The translations under genes and the position numbers were made by a program. Below, piece after piece: positions 13,125 to 26,787 of a stretch of 64,000 nt of DNA (its first letter is position 1; each line of letters begins with the position of its first letter). The stretch is from Chiloscyllium plagiosum (lineage: Eukaryota). Under the pieces are notes generated by a model. It saw nothing but the letters and a program-made list of their open reading frames with translations. It had not been told where the DNA came from and ran no database searches. The DNA lies in assembly GCF_004010195.1 (NCBI RefSeq), contig NC_057718.1, positions 71,585,486 through 71,649,485 of the forward strand, read 5' to 3'.

Positions 13125-15050
13125 AACCGGGACAAGTGATGGGCTTGTTAGTGGGTGAGCATTTTGGTGATGGTGACCACAATTCTGTGACTTTCAGCTT
13201 GGTTATGGAGAGAGATAGGTGCGTGCAACAGGGTAGGTTTTACAATTGGGGGAAGGGTAAATACGATGCTGCAAGACAAGATCTGAGGTGCATAAGTTGG
13301 GAGCATAGGCTGTCAGGGAAGGATGTCGTTGAAATGTGGAACTTTTTCAAGGATATGTATGTACCTGTCAGGCAGGAAAGAGATGGTCATGTGAGGAAAC
13401 CTTGGTTGACGAGGAAGGTTGAATGTCTTGTAAAGAGGAAGGAGGAGGCTTACATAAGGTTGAGGAAACAAGGTTCAGACAGAGCATTGGAGGGATACAG
13501 GATAGCCAGGAGGGAGCTGAAGAAAGGGATTAGGAGAGCTAAGAGAGGGCATGAAAAATCTTTGGNNNNNNNNNNNNNNNNNNNNNNNNNNNNNNNNNNN
13601 NNNNNNNNNNNNNNNNNNNNNNNNNNNNNNNNNNNNNNNNNNNNNNNNNNNNNNNNNNNNNNNNNNNNNNNNNNNNNNNNNNNNNNNNNNNNNNNNNNNN
13701 NNNNNNNNNNNNNNNNNNNNNNNNNNNNNNNNNNNNNNNNNNNNNNNNNNNNNNNNNNNNNNNNNNNNNNNNNNNNNNNNNNNNNNNNNNNNNNNNNNNN
13801 NNNNNNNNNNNNNNNNNNNNNNNNNNNNNNNNNNNNNNNNNNNNNNNNNNNNNNNNNNNNNNNNNNNNNNNNNNNNNNNNNNNNNNNNNNNNNNNNNNNN
13901 NNNNNNNNNNNNNNNNNNNNNNNNNNNNNNNNNNNNNNNNNNNNNNNNNNNNNNNNNNNNNNNNNNNNNNNNNNNNNNNNNNNNNNNNNNNNNNNNNNNN
14001 NNNNNNNNNNNNNNNNNNNNNNNNNNNNNNNNNNNNNNNNNNNNNNNNNNTGATCTCCATATCCGCATTAAAACATCATTTGTTAAGTAATAACATACAG
14101 AAATGCATTCATTTTCTTTCTTGTTAAATATCTTTTGAGATAACTTTTTAACTCCTCATCTTTCTACTGTAAATCAATCGACTTAGCAGAGCTAAAAATA
14201 CAGACAGATAGGTGGAGTTGTGGACAGTGAGGAGGGTTGTTGTCGGCTGCAGAGGGACTTAGGTATGATGCAGAGCTGGGCTGAGGAGTGGCAGATGGAG
14301 TTCAACCCTGCCACGTGTGAGGTTGTCCATTTTGGAAGAACAAATAAGAATGCGGAATTCAGGGTTAATGGTAGGGTTCTTAGTCAGGTGGAGGAACAGA
14401 GGGATCTTGGGGTCTATGTACATAGATCTTTGAAGGTTGCCACTCAGGTGGATAGAGTTTGTAAGAAGGCCTATGGAGTATTATCGTTCATTAGCAGAGG
14501 GATTGAATTCAAGAGTCGTGAAGTGATGTTGCAGCTGTACAGGACTTTGGTTAGGCCACAGTTGGAGTACTGTGTGCAGTTCTGGTCGCCTCACTTTCGG
14601 AAAGATGTGGAAGCTTTGGAGAGGGTTCAGAGAAGATTTACCAGGATGTTGCCTGGAATGGAGAGGAAGTCGTACGAGGATAGGTTGAGAGTTCTCGGCC
14701 TTTTCTCGTTGGAACGGCGAAGGATGAGGGGTGACTTGATAGAGGTTTATAAGATGATCAGAGGAATAGATAGAGGAGACAGTCAGAAACTTTTTCCCGG
14801 GGTACAACAGAGTGTTACAAGGGGACATAAATTTAAGGTGAAGGGTGGAAGTATGGGGGGTGTCAGGGATAGGTTCTTTACCCAGAGAGTGGAATGCGCT
14901 GTCTGTGGGAGTGGCAGAGGCAGAATCATTGGTGACCTTTAAGCGACAATCGGATAGATACATGGATGGGTGCTTAAGCTAGGACAAATGTTCGGCACAA
15001 CATCGTGGGCCGAAGGGCCTATTCTGTGCTGTATTGTTCTATGTTCTATG
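13125..15050 (+). mobile_element. Young CR1 LINE ORF2 fragments spanning an assembly gap
   Basis: DHN endonuclease motif at 13136-13565; 240-aa RT C-terminal ORF 14220-14942; TTCTATG tail. Confidence 0.9.
13566..14050. other. Assembly gap
   Basis: N run. Confidence 1.
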
Positions 15051-16365
15051 TATGCTCTCTGGAGTAGCGATCAGAGTAGTGTTCAACCCACTTCTCCATC
15101 TGCTGGCCTTTGTCTATGATTACGTCCCCAGTAGAGGATTTGAGGGGAGCTGTGTTGATCTTGATGCCTTCGTATATTCCCCTAATGCTCCCCATTATAG
15201 CAGCCATCTGAATTTCCTTGCTTAGCTGTGTTCAGTACTCGTTAGCGCAACGTCTGGCAGTCTGCTGAACCTAGTTCCTGGCAGACCTGAGAATCTGCAG
15301 GTTCTTCCAGCTAGCTGACCACTTGTGCTCAGCTAGAGCGACACGCTTGGCTTCAACGACAGGGGTCATCTCGGTTGCTTTAGCCTTAAACCAGTCATGT
15401 GTCTTGCAGGTAGTCTTCCCAAAGATAGCCAGTGATGTACAGTGCATGGTATCCTGCAAGGTTCCCACTTCTCTGTGGTGGAGTCTCTATGTTGCGAGGT
15501 GCAGAGTTGCTTTTGAAAGCCTTTGAGAACTGTTGCGTAAGGTCTGGCTGGAACATCTTGCTGACGTTGATGTGAGGGTTCCCCTGTTGCTTCATGCGAT
15601 GGAAACTCTTAAGTTGCAGCCTGATCTTGCAAAACACTGTGGAATGGTCTGCACTGTGGGAAGAGCATGCATGGAGAACGTGTTTGATGGCGGCGTGCCT
15701 AACTGGGATTAGTGTTGGTGCCAATGCTTTGCGGGTATCTCCAGGAAACCTTGTGCTGAGGCTTTGTCTGGAAGTAGGAGTTGGTGATTCACAAATCATG
15801 GTAAGTGCACTGCTCGAGCAGTTGCTGTCCATTCTCAGTCATTTTGCCCACACCAAAATGCTCAAGGTAGGAGAGAGACAAGTCGTGGTCTGCACCCATT
15901 CTGGGGTTGAAACTGCCCAGAAGAACAAGTTGCTCTTCCTAGGGATGCTGCTAATGAGGGGTGCAAGATTGTTGTAGAACTCATCCTTTGTGCCTGACGT
16001 GGAGGACAGAGTCAGGCCATACATGCAGACAAGGGTAACTAGGCCTGCGGTGGTGTTGAGGCAAAGAGTCATGAGTCGCTCTGAGCTATTGCTGCCTGGT
16101 TCTAATATGTTCATCAGGCTGTTTTCTTACTGAAAAACTGACCCGATGTTCTCTGGGCTCATCAGAGCCCTTTCTCAGCATTCTCTTTCAGTGAGCTTGC
16201 CTCTGCCAGCCTTGTTTCCTGAAGGGCAACTATGTTCACGTTGAGTCTCTTGAACTCTTTATTTATGACAGCTGATTTCCTAGAGTCGCTGATGTCCTGA
16301 AAGTTTTCTGAGAGGATGGTCACCATTGTCCGGACGTTCCAACTTCCCAGTTTTAGAGCAGGTCT

Positions 16366-17475
16366 CTTAGAGTCATAGAGATGTACAGCATGGAAACGGA
16401 CCCTTCGGTCCAACCCATCAATGCCGACCAGGTATCCCAACCCAATCTAGTCCCAGCACCCGGCCCATATCCCTCCAAACCCTTCCTATTCATATATACA
16501 TCCAAATGCCTCTTAAATGTTGCAATTGTACCAGCCTCCACCACATCCTTTGGCAGCTCATTCCATACACATACCACCTTCTGCGTGAAAAAGTTNNNNN
16601 NNNNNNNNNNNNNNNNNNNNNNNNNNNNNNNNNNNNNNNNNNNNNNNNNNNNNNNNNNNNNNNNNNNNNNNNNNNNNNNNNNNNNNNNNNNNNNNNNNNN
16701 NNNNNNNNNNNNNNNNNNNNNNNNNNNNNNNNNNNNNNNNNNNNNNNNNNNNNNNNNNNNNNNNNNNNNNNNNNNNNNNNNNNNNNNNNNNNNNNNNNNN
16801 NNNNNNNNNNNNNNNNNNNNNNNNNNNNNNNNNNNNNNNNNNNNNNNNNNNNNNNNNNNNNNNNNNNNNNNNNNNNNNNNNNNNNNNNNNNNNNNNNNNN
16901 NNNNNNNNNNNNNNNNNNNNNNNNNNNNNNNNNNNNNNNNNNNNNNNNNNNNNNNNNNNNNNNNNNNNNNNNNNNNNNNNNNNNNNNNNNNNNNNNNNNN
17001 NNNNNNNNNNNNNNNNNNNNNNNNNNNNNNNNNNNNNNNNNNNNNNNNNNNNNNNNNNNNNNNNNNNNNNNNNNNNNNNNNNNNNNNNNNNNNNNNNNNN
17101 NNNNNTAGAGGGCCCAGCACCGATCCTTGTGGCACTCCACTGGTCACAGGCCTCCAGTCTGAAAAACAACCCTCCAACACCACCCTCTGTCTTCTATCTT
17201 TGAGCCAGTTCTGTATCCAAATGGCTGGTTCTCCCTGTATTCCATGAGATCTAACCTTGCTAATCAGTCTCCCATGGGGAACCTTGTCGAACACCTTACT
17301 AAAGTCCATATAGATCACAGCTACTGCTCTGTCCTCATCAAGCATCTTTGTTACTTCTTCAAAAAAACTTAATCAAGTTCGTGAGACATGATTTCCCACG
17401 CACAAAGCCATGTTGACTTTGAATCGTTCTCGATTCGGTCCTTGCCTTTCCAAATACATGCACATCCTGTCCCTT
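16366..17475 (-). mobile_element. CR1 LINE RT/3' end spanning a gap
   Basis: [23 protein letters not shown] motifs; CTATGACTC tail. Confidence 0.92.
16596..17105. other. Assembly gap
   Basis: N run. Confidence 1.
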
Positions 17476-18715
17476 GTTGTTTTCTTTTATTGCTTGGTGC
17501 GGTGATTGCAATCTGCTGTTTGGATGCATGGGGATTAGGAATTATCCAATGAGGATAGCAGATTGTGTCAGGACAGCACCTTACTGGATGGGGGTTGCCT
17601 AGTTTGAGGTGGGCGATAACTGTCTAATGGGATTTAAAAATCCTTCCTACTGTCGGGACCAATCGCGCTCTATGTTGATCTGGCGATGACTTAAAATTGG
17701 TATCTGCTGCTCCCCATGTTGTGTTGACGCTGTGAGCGATGCTAAAGTGTCCCCTCCAGGTGCCGTGATGGTAGGGTGCAAGCCTAGGTAGTATGGTAAG
17801 CTGTTGCCCATGAAGCACGTGCCCCCTTTCCATGACACTGCTAATCAAAAGGAACAGCAAAGCCGTTACCGTTTGGTACCAGCGCTGTTGCAGGAGCTGT
17901 CAGAATGAAGTTGTTGATAACGACGAACTGCCTTGGGGCCCTGGCTCTAAATTCTACCTCGAGGTTTACTCCTGAAGCCTTTCCCATGTGTGGGTCTGAC
18001 CATAAGGTAGTGGAATTTTGAAACCAGAGTTTTCCTTCTCCTTGCCAGGGAACAGTCCGAGGTTTCCCCCGGGGGGGTGGGGGCGTGAGGTTTCCCCTAA
18101 CCTTTCTTATCCACATCTCTCCGAGCCCATTCTCTGCCCACCTCCTCTTCTCACCTGGTCACCTCTCTCTTACCTAACCTAACTCTTCCATCTTTTATAT
18201 CCCCAACTATCCCCTCTTCCCACTCTCCCACATAACTTGCATCATCCTAAGTCTCCACACACCCCCCTCCCATCTCACCCCTGATGTATCCACTACTCGC
18301 ATCGGTCTCTCTCCCCTCCACAGTCTCTTCCCCCTGCCCATGTCTCTCTACACCAAAGCCTGTTCCTCTTTCCGCTAAACCGACCCCTCGTCATTTCCCC
18401 TCCTGCTGCCTCCAGACCCCAACCTCACACCCCTTTGGCTAGGATCTCTTTTTGTCTCTTTCCACTCCCCACCCCCCCCAGCCCCTGGTACTTTTGTAGA
18501 ACTGGGTGATGGCGGTGGCCAAGTTCTGGCAACACAGCCAAAGCTGTTGTCTCTGGGCCTCCGCCTCACTTCCTCTGGGGCCACTCTCAGGCCCGGGCAC
18601 CTGTCTCTCGTCATCCTCCAGGCACTGGCACTCCCAGCCGTACAGCCAATTTACGGGGCTATGCCCCGCCATACGGAGTCACTGGGAGCCTTGGCCTCCT
18701 CCATGAACAGTCCTG

Positions 18716-19068
18716 GATTAGATTAGATTAGATTAGATTAGATTAGATTAGATTAGATTAGATTAGATTACTTACAGTGTGGAAACAGGCCCTTCCGCCC
18801 AACAAGTCCACACCGCCCCGCCGAAGTGCAACCCACCCATACTCCTACATCTACCTCTTACCTAACACTACGGGCAATTTAGCATGGCCAATTCACCTGA
18901 CCTGCACATCTTTGGACTGTGGGAGGAAACCAGAGCACCCGGAGGAAACCCACGCAGACACGGGGAGAATGTGCAAACTCCACACAGTCAGTCGCCTGAG
19001 GCGGGAATTGAACCCGGGTCTCTGGCGCTGTGAGGCAGCAGTGCTAACCACTGTGCCACCGTGCCACC
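18716..19068 (-). mobile_element. Young V-SINE with long (TAATC)n tail
   Basis: Complete head and V-domain; GATTA repeats at 18716-18770. Confidence 0.95.
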
Positions 19069-19148
19069 CACAAACACCCCTAACCACTGCAACTCTATCA
19101 CCCGCTCCCATCCCAGTATAGCCTCCTGTCCAAATAGAATCTGATATT

Positions 19149-19470
19149 GGGTGGCATGGCTGACTCAGTGGTTAGCACTGTTGCCTCACAGTGCCAGGGA
19201 CCTGGGTTCAATTCCCTCCTCAGGCAACTGTGTGGAGGTTGTACTTTCTCCTTATGACTGCCTGGGTTTCCTCCGGATGCTCCGGTTTCCTCCCACAATC
19301 CAAAGATGTGCAGGTCAGGTGAATTGGCCATGCGAAATTGCCCATGGTGTTAGGTGCATCAATCAGAGGGAAATGGGTCTGGGTGGGTTACTCTTTGGAG
19401 GTTTAGTGTGGACTTGTTGGGCCAAAGAGGCTGTTCCCAGATTGAAGTGAATCTAATCTAATCTAATCAT
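19149..19470 (+). mobile_element. V-SINE
   Basis: Same family motifs, forward orientation. Confidence 0.92.
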
Positions 19471-19534
19471 TTTCCAAATAACAACCTCTCAACCTGAAAT
19501 GATTTGACCCCAGGAGCTCTTAAAAGACCAATGT

Positions 19535-19833
19535 TTAGATTAGATTCCCTACTCCGTAGAAACAGGCCCTTTGGCCCAACAAGTCCAACACTGACCCTCC
19601 AAAGAGCAACCCACCCAAACCCATTCCCCTACACCTAACACTACGTGCAATTTAGCATAGCCAATTCACCTAATCTGCACATCTTTGGACTGTGGGAGGA
19701 AACCGGAGCACCTGGAGGAAACCCACTCAGACACTGAGAGAATGTGTAAACTCCACACAGACAGTCGCCCGAGGCTGGAATCAAACCTGGGACACTGGTG
19801 CTGTGAGCCAGCAGTGCTAACCACTGAGCTACC
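19535..19833 (-). mobile_element. V-SINE
   Basis: Same family motifs, reverse orientation. Confidence 0.92.
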
Positions 19834-19849
19834 GGAAACCTTAACCGCG

Positions 19850-20900
19850 CTTTCTGGTTTCATGTATTTATATTCTGAGCCAGTTTACTTGTAATCTATC
19901 TTACTTTTCTTTATAGCTTTTTTGTGGCTTTCTGTTGACCTTTAAAGTTTTCCCAATCTTCTGGTTTCCCACTGGTCTTTGCCATTTTGTATGCCTTGTC
20001 TTTCAATTTGATCGCCTCCCTTATTTCCTTTGACATCCATGGCAGATTACTCCTGTTACTACAGTCCTTCCTTTTCACTGGTATATACTTCTGAGCATTT
20101 TGAAAAGTTACTTTGAAAGTCTTTCACTATTTGCCAACTGTCCCGCCATAAAGTTTTTGTTTCTAGTCTACTTTAGGCCAATTCCTTCCTCATCATATTG
20201 TAGTCTCCTTTGTTTAAACACAGGGCTGTTGTATTAGCTTTTATTCTAAATTCAACCATAATACGATTGCTCCTTCCAAGAAGATCCATAACTATAAGAT
20301 CATTAATTCCTGTCTCATTACACAGGACTAGATCTAGGATAGCTCCTTTCCTTGACAGTTCCATTACATACCCTTCAAGAAAACTATCGTGGATGCATTC
20401 GATGAACTCCTCCTCAAGGCTGCCCTGACTGGACCTGGTTTGACCAATCGACATGTAGATTAAAAAACCCCTGAAAATTGCTGTACCATTTTTACAGGCA
20501 TTAGATTTTTTTTTTGTTTATTGCCCACCTCAATGTGATATTTTTTGGTGGCCTACAGACTACGCCTATCAGTGACTTTTTCTTAGAATTTCTAATTTCT
20601 ATCAAAATGGATTCAACTTTATTCTCCATAGAACCTATATCATCTCTCGCCACTGTTCTGATTTCATCCTTAAATATCAGAGCTATACCACTTCCCTTAT
20701 CTTCCTGTCTGTCGTTCTGAATAGTCTGATACTCCTGAATATTTAACTCCCAGTTGTGACCATCCTGCAACCACAGTTTCCATAACGGCTATTAAATCAC
20801 ATTCATTCGCGATGATTTGTGCCGTTAACTCGTCTACCTTGTTTTGAATGCTACAACCATTCAGATAAAGTGTCTTTGTGCTAGTTTTTATACCTTTTGT
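19850..20900 (-). mobile_element. Old CR1 endonuclease region
   Basis: LIGVVCRPP, ILDLVLCNE motifs. Confidence 0.8.
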
Positions 20901-21924
20901 TTGAATTCTTACATCTCCATTAGTAATATCTCCTGACTTTTCCTTCTTTCATTGTCTTTGATGTAGTTAAACCCTCCTGCACACATGCAAACTGCTGCGT
21001 TCTTTTCTATTTACCTTCATACTTCCTGTTGATTTCACCTTCCCTTCCCCACCCCCCCCAATTCACTTGTATAAAATCTGAGTGATGACCCTATTAATCA
21101 TTTTCATTAGAACACTGCTTCCAGTGTTTTGAACTGCCGTCTTGAACAGTCATTCATCTATTTGACTGAGCCTGCTGTGCAATAGCTTTTCTAAATCCAG
21201 TAGCCATCTCACTCTGTACCTTATACATGGTCTTAATTACATTAAGCATAAAAAAGGAACCTTCAATAACACCTTATGTATAAAATAAACTATCTTTCAT
21301 TATCTCTAGAAAATAATGTTATAATGGAAAAAAATCATATATCAAACATATAAAACTAAAATAAAATCAACCATTTAGCTGACGAACTGAATTTTCAAAA
21401 AATGACTGCCTCAATAAATTCCTCAAAGCAAAATCTTATCCATTGCTGATCATGTGTAGGATGCCCTGAAATAAAAACACAGCTCCTTATTTTAAAAAGA
21501 AACTTCAGTTTATTTTCTTTTACAGGCGGAGAGTTCCAGTTTAGCACCACCACTCAGTGTGAACTATTTTCCCCCATTCTCTTTAAACCTACTGCTCCTT
21601 ACCTTTAATCCTCCAATCATTAATCTCTCTACTCAGTAAAATTGCCCCTTAATCATGCCTTTCCCTGCCCTAGTCTACTCTGTTCCAAGGAAAACAACTC
21701 CAGTATGTGTTCATTACTAAAACTCTCCAGGCAACATCCTCATAGATCTGTCCTGTACCCTTTCAGTGCTATCACATCCCTGTGGATTTGAGAACTGCAT
21801 ATAATACAGTAGCTGTGACCTAATCAATGTTTTATATAGTTCCAACATAAACTCCCCGCTCTTAAACTCTATGCCTCAACTAATAAAAGCAAATATCCCA
21901 TATGCCTTCTGATCCACTTTATCC

Positions 21925-23830
21925 ATTAGGCAAGATTTAGGAAGCATAAGATGGGGAAGGAAACTGCAGGGGATGGGCACAATAGAAATGTGGAGCTTAT
22001 TCAAGGAAAAGCTCCTGTATGTCCTAGATAAGTATGTACTTGTCAGGCAGGGAGGAAGCTGTAGAGCGCGAGAGCCGTGGTTTACAAAGAAAATGGAATC
22101 TCTGGTCAAGAGGAAGAAGAAGAATGTTAGGAAGGGCTCATGCCCGAAACGTCGATTCTCCTGCTCCTTGGATGCTGCCTAACCTGCTGCGCTTTTCCAG
22201 CAACACATTTTCAGCTCTGATCTCCAGCATCTGCAGTCCTCACTTTCTCCTAGGTCTGATTGAGGTTCACAAGGAAGAGGAATTAGAAATCCTGCAGAGT
22301 GTGAAAATAGATAAGTCCCCTGGGCCAGATGGGATTTATCCTAGGATCCTCTGGGAAGCCAGGGAGGAGATTGCTGAGCCTTTGGCATTGATCTTTAAAT
22401 CGTCATTGTCTACAGCAATAGTGCCAGAAGACTGGAGGGTAGCAAATGTGGTTTCCCTGTTCAAGAAGGGGAGTAGAGACAACCCAGGTAATTATAGACC
22501 AGTGAGCCTTACTTCAATTGTTGGAAAAGGTTATAAGAGATAGGATTTATAATCATCTAGAAAATAATAATTTGATTAGGGATAGTCAGCACGGTTTTGT
22601 GAAGGGTAGGTCGTGCCTCACAAACCTTATTGAGTTCTTTGAGAAGGTAACCAAACAGGTAGATGAGAGTAAACCGGTTGATGTAGTGTATATGGATTTC
22701 AGCAAGGCGCTCGATAAGGTTCCCCACAGTAGACTATTGTACAAAATGTGGAAGAATGGGATTGTGGGAGATATAGCGGTTTAGATCAGTAATTGGCTTG
22801 CTGAAAGAAGACAGTGGTTGATGGGAAATGTTCATCCTGAAGTCCAGTTACCAGGGGTGTACCGCAAGGGTCAGTGTTGGGTCCACTGCTGTTTGTCATT
22901 TTTATAAACGACCTTGATGAGGGCGTAGAAGGGTGGGTTAGTAAATTTGCAGATGACACTAAGGTCGGTGGAGTTGTGGATAGTGACGAACGATGTTGCA
23001 GGTTACAGAGAGACATAGATGAGCTGCAGAGCTAAGAGGTGGCAAATGGAGTTTAATTCGGACAAATGTGAGGTGATTCACTTTGGTCGGAGTAACCGGA
23101 ATGCAAAGTACTGGGCTAATGGTAAGATTCTTGGTAGTGTAGATGAACAGAGAGATCTCAGTGTCCAGATACACAAATCCTTGAAAGTTGCCAACCAGGT
23201 TGACAGGGTTGTTAAGAAGGCATACAGTGTTTTAGCTTTTATTAATAGAGGGATCGAGTTTCAGAACCATGAGGTTATGCTGCAGCTGTACAAAACTCTG
23301 GTGTGGCCGCACTTGGAGTATTGTGTACAGTTCTGGTCACTGCATTATAAGAAGGATGTGGAAGTTTTGGAAAGGGTGCAAAGGAGATTTACTAGGATGT
23401 TGCCTGGTATGGAGGGAAGGTCTTACGAGGAAAGGCTCAGGGACTTGAGGCTGTTTTCGTTAGAGAGAAGAAGGTTGAGAGGTGACTTAATAGAGACATA
23501 TAAGATAATCAGAGGGTTAGATAGGGTGGACAGGGGGAGCCTTTTTCCAAGAATGGTGACGGCAAGCACAAGGGGGCATAGCTTTAAATTGAGGGGTGAT
23601 AGATATAGGACAGATGTCAAGGTAGTTTCTTTACTCAGAGTAGTAAGGGTATGGAATACTTTGCCTGCAACGGTAGTAGATTCGCCAACTTTAAGTACAT
23701 TTAAGTCGTCATTGGACAAGCATATGGATGTACATGGAATAGTGTAATTTAGATGGGCTTCAGATTGGTATGACAGGTCGGCGCAACACCGAGGGCCGAA
23801 GGGCCTATACTGCGCTGTTATGTTCTATCC
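21925..23830 (+). mobile_element. CR1 LINE ORF2 with Penelope terminal fragment at ~22127-22252; inserted in an older minus-strand CR1 (~21520-24095)
   Basis: KSPGPDGI, NYRPVSLTS, YMDFSKA, FADD and C-terminal motifs, frameshifted. Confidence 0.92.
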
Positions 23831-24539
23831 ATCCCGATAATTTAAGGGACTGATGAACATGCACATCCATGTCCTCTCATCCTCAGTGCTTTCCATAGTC
23901 TTACTATTCACCATGTATTCCCTTGTCTTGCTTGTCCTGCCAAAGTACATCACCTCACATTTTATCCAGATTAAATTCTATTTGCCACTGATCAGCCCAT
24001 TTGGCCAACCTGTCCATATCCTCCTGTATGGCGATCCTCTGTGTTATTTACCACCCCACTAATTTTTGTATCATCTGTGAATTTACCAGTCAACCCAAGG
24101 GTGGAGCCAAGGTAATTGCTAAATGAATTTGAATCATAATTACCAACTCCCTATTTATTTGTGAGTGGTGACCTAAGCATTTAGCAGGCTTACTCTTCGA
24201 TTTATTCCAGTGATTATTCATTCTTAACCTTTTGGGTGGAATGGTCTATGCAAGTTGATGGTAAAGAGCCTGCTCTTTAAGAATATAAATGACAAAATCA
24301 TCATTCAGTCACACTCCAACTTTTGGATTCTAATACAAATGAGCTTGGAAGTTGAGGTTACATTCATCACTACTGAGAAAAACTTTGGACATTGTGTATG
24401 AGTATCTATTACAGAAAATGGAAGATGGCATTAGAGTAAGACGTATGACTCGGAGCTCCTCTGCCCTGCCTGTTCCTTTTCTTTGTTTGTTTTTTCTCTC
24501 TCTTCTCAGCAGTCTTGGAGCAGCATAATTGGGGAGCAG

Positions 24540-24921
24540 TCCCTGCACAGCATGAAGGTAAACTCTAGTCCTGAGGCAGCACAACTTATCTCGCTGCAGC
24601 TGAATGCCAGAGTGTGGAGCAGACTGGAGGCTTGGAGAGGAGCAGGACTGGGGCCTGGAACGGGTAGTCAGACCATGTGCTGAGCTGTTGCTATTTGAAA
24701 TTCTTTATTGGACTGTAATGTCAATACTTTAACTATCTTATTTTTTTACACACTAAGTAATGCTACTACTTTTCCTTATATTCCTCTTTTGCATCCAAGA
24801 TTTGTACCTAGGTTCTTTACCTAATGTAGCGCCATTAAAGGCAGCCATTGTAAAAACTGTACTTGTATACTGGAGTACATGTGACAATAAAGGATATTCT
24901 GTTCTATTCGATTCCATTCTA
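24540..24921 (+). mobile_element. Non-LTR element 3' end, Rex1/RTE-X-like tail
   Basis: Ends gtacatgtgacaataaa followed by (ttcta)n-like tail. Confidence 0.4.
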
Positions 24922-25249
24922 AATAAATAGACAAAATCCGTACAGACAATACTGGGAGGGAGGAAGCTAATGTCACTGTCGTGCTAATGAATAATTGCTG
25001 GAACTGTTATTGAATGATGTTAAATCTACCATATTTACCTTTTCAACAAAAGGTTATTAGTCTTGCAACAAAATCTTCTGCCTTGAACAATCCCAGTTGA
25101 GCATGCAAACCACAAAACTGGAATTTCAATACAAATGGAATTCACTTGTAAGTGCTGAATAAATACTTTCTAACATAAATACAGATTGATCTTTTAAATT
25201 TTAGTTTAACTTTTTGAATTTAACTCAAAAGTTTTAAAAACTTATTTGA

Positions 25250-25540
25250 CAGGGCGGCAGAGTGCGTCAGTGGTTTGCACTGCTACCTCACAGCGCCACG
25301 GACTTGGGTTCGATTCCTGCCTCAGGCCACTGTGTGGAGTTTGCACGTTCTCCCTGTGTCTGCATGAGTTTCCTCCGGGTGCTCCGGTTTCTTCCCAAAG
25401 ATGTGCAGGTCAGGTTAATTGGCTATGCTAAATTGCCCATAGTGTTAGGTCTATTAGTCAGGGGTAAATGTAGGGGAATGAGTCGGGGTGGACTGGTTGG
25501 GCCAGATGGCCTGTTTCCACACTGTAGGGAATCTAACCTA
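25250..25540 (+). mobile_element. V-SINE
   Basis: Family motifs, moderately diverged. Confidence 0.88.
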
Positions 25541-26309
25541 CAAGCTATACGGAAGTTAACTATTGCTAACAGGTGGTTTCTGTTAACTGTCAGTTGGTTA
25601 TAAGTGATTGTGAATTGATAGTTCCTGAGAGCTGAATATTGAATGTGCACTTAAAAAGGAGTGGCTTAATGTGAATAAAATAAGACATTTGTTGGTGTAC
25701 AGTGAGTTCATTTTTTTACAGGATGCAAATGATGGCAATTTGATGCTGAAGGGAAGGTGGTGCTTTTTTTTGTCTCCAATGTTTCTTTTTGCTGGTGTAA
25801 AGCTCTGGCAGTGTTCCATTGCTAAGTACAAGTTAATATGTAGAGAAAGAAAAGGGTTAGCTGCATTTAATCTGAAATAAGAAATGGCAAAGAAAAACAC
25901 AATTATTGTAACAGAACAGGAATTAATTGGAGATCAGAGAAGGGGTGATGTAGTGTGTTAGGGATTCAATCGTTAGGGGGGGCAGATAATTGTTTGTAAA
26001 TAGGATCCAGGGTCCCATGTGGTTAGCTGCCTTCGTGGTTGCAGGACTTAACCAATTCAAACCAGCTGTACAATTTAGACAGGGAGGTCAGTTATTATGG
26101 CCCAACCTGGAAATGGGAGGCATGAGGTCTCATTTGGAAAACACCAAGAACAAGGAGCGAAATTACAGAATAGAATCTTGAGTTGTAGTTTGTGGAGTGA
26201 TTATTCTGCATGCAAACTGACATAGTGATAAGTTGTTGCCCATCTCTGTGAGAGAACAGTATACATACAGATGAAGGTACTGCAGAGACACTTAAAAGTT
26301 CTAAAATAT

Positions 26310-26741
26310 TCAATGAATTTACTCAGTACTTAAATGAATAACATGCTTTTAAGGACTAAAGATATCACAATCACTGTCTTTCAGTATCCTGGACTCCTAA
26401 AGTAACCCCAAATGTTATTACCCAGGGGAGAGTTAGCAGCTGGCCAGGCAGAACTCTTCTTGCCATCTTGTGTCTCCTGAGAGTTATTCTTTGAAGACCT
26501 GCTAAAAATCAACGGTTTTCTAGGCTGCTTCATGCATAGGTCTCTGTGCAAAGTGTATACCTTATTTGAAATTATCTGTGCATGTGACCAATCTCGAATG
26601 TTTCAATCTTATTAGGCAGAGACAGCAATTCCTTCAATGTTAACTCTTAGCAGACCTGAATGACTCAACGTCATTCTATTCTCATAACAGCCTGTTGTAA
26701 AGCCTCTTATCAGTTTCTGCTCCCTTCAGCTTTATCCAACA
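26310..26741 (-). mobile_element. ERV LTR-like repeat A, copy 1
   Basis: Diverged direct repeat of ~32070-32531; both end cttcagctttatccaaca (TGTTGG start on minus). Confidence 0.7.
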
Positions 26742-26787
26742 TATCCATTAGTCAGGCGTTCTGACTATTAAAGTTTATTCTATACAT

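Larger units (their letters stand above)
11830..18050 (-). mobile_element. RTE-clade LINE, decayed, split by two CR1 insertions (~13125-15050 + and ~16366-17475 -)
   Basis: APE start LKLGSWNVRTM...VALQETRL (16160-16360); RT motifs FINLTKVFDLVSR, GIKQGCV, AFADD (12270-12660); 5'UTR-like sequence 17480-18050. Confidence 0.88.

Noticed and set aside
13136..17345. Long ORFs of 170-330 aa containing X runs
   Set aside because: Artefacts of translating N gaps
18040..18110. HDV-like ribozyme at the RTE 5' end
   Set aside because: Could not build the nested double pseudoknot by eye; needs a structure-descriptor search
18110..18715. GC/pyrimidine-rich segment as exon or DNA transposon gene
   Set aside because: No recognisable protein motif or termini; left unclassified
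19149..19230. tRNA genes
   Set aside because: tRNA-derived SINE heads continuing into the V-domain
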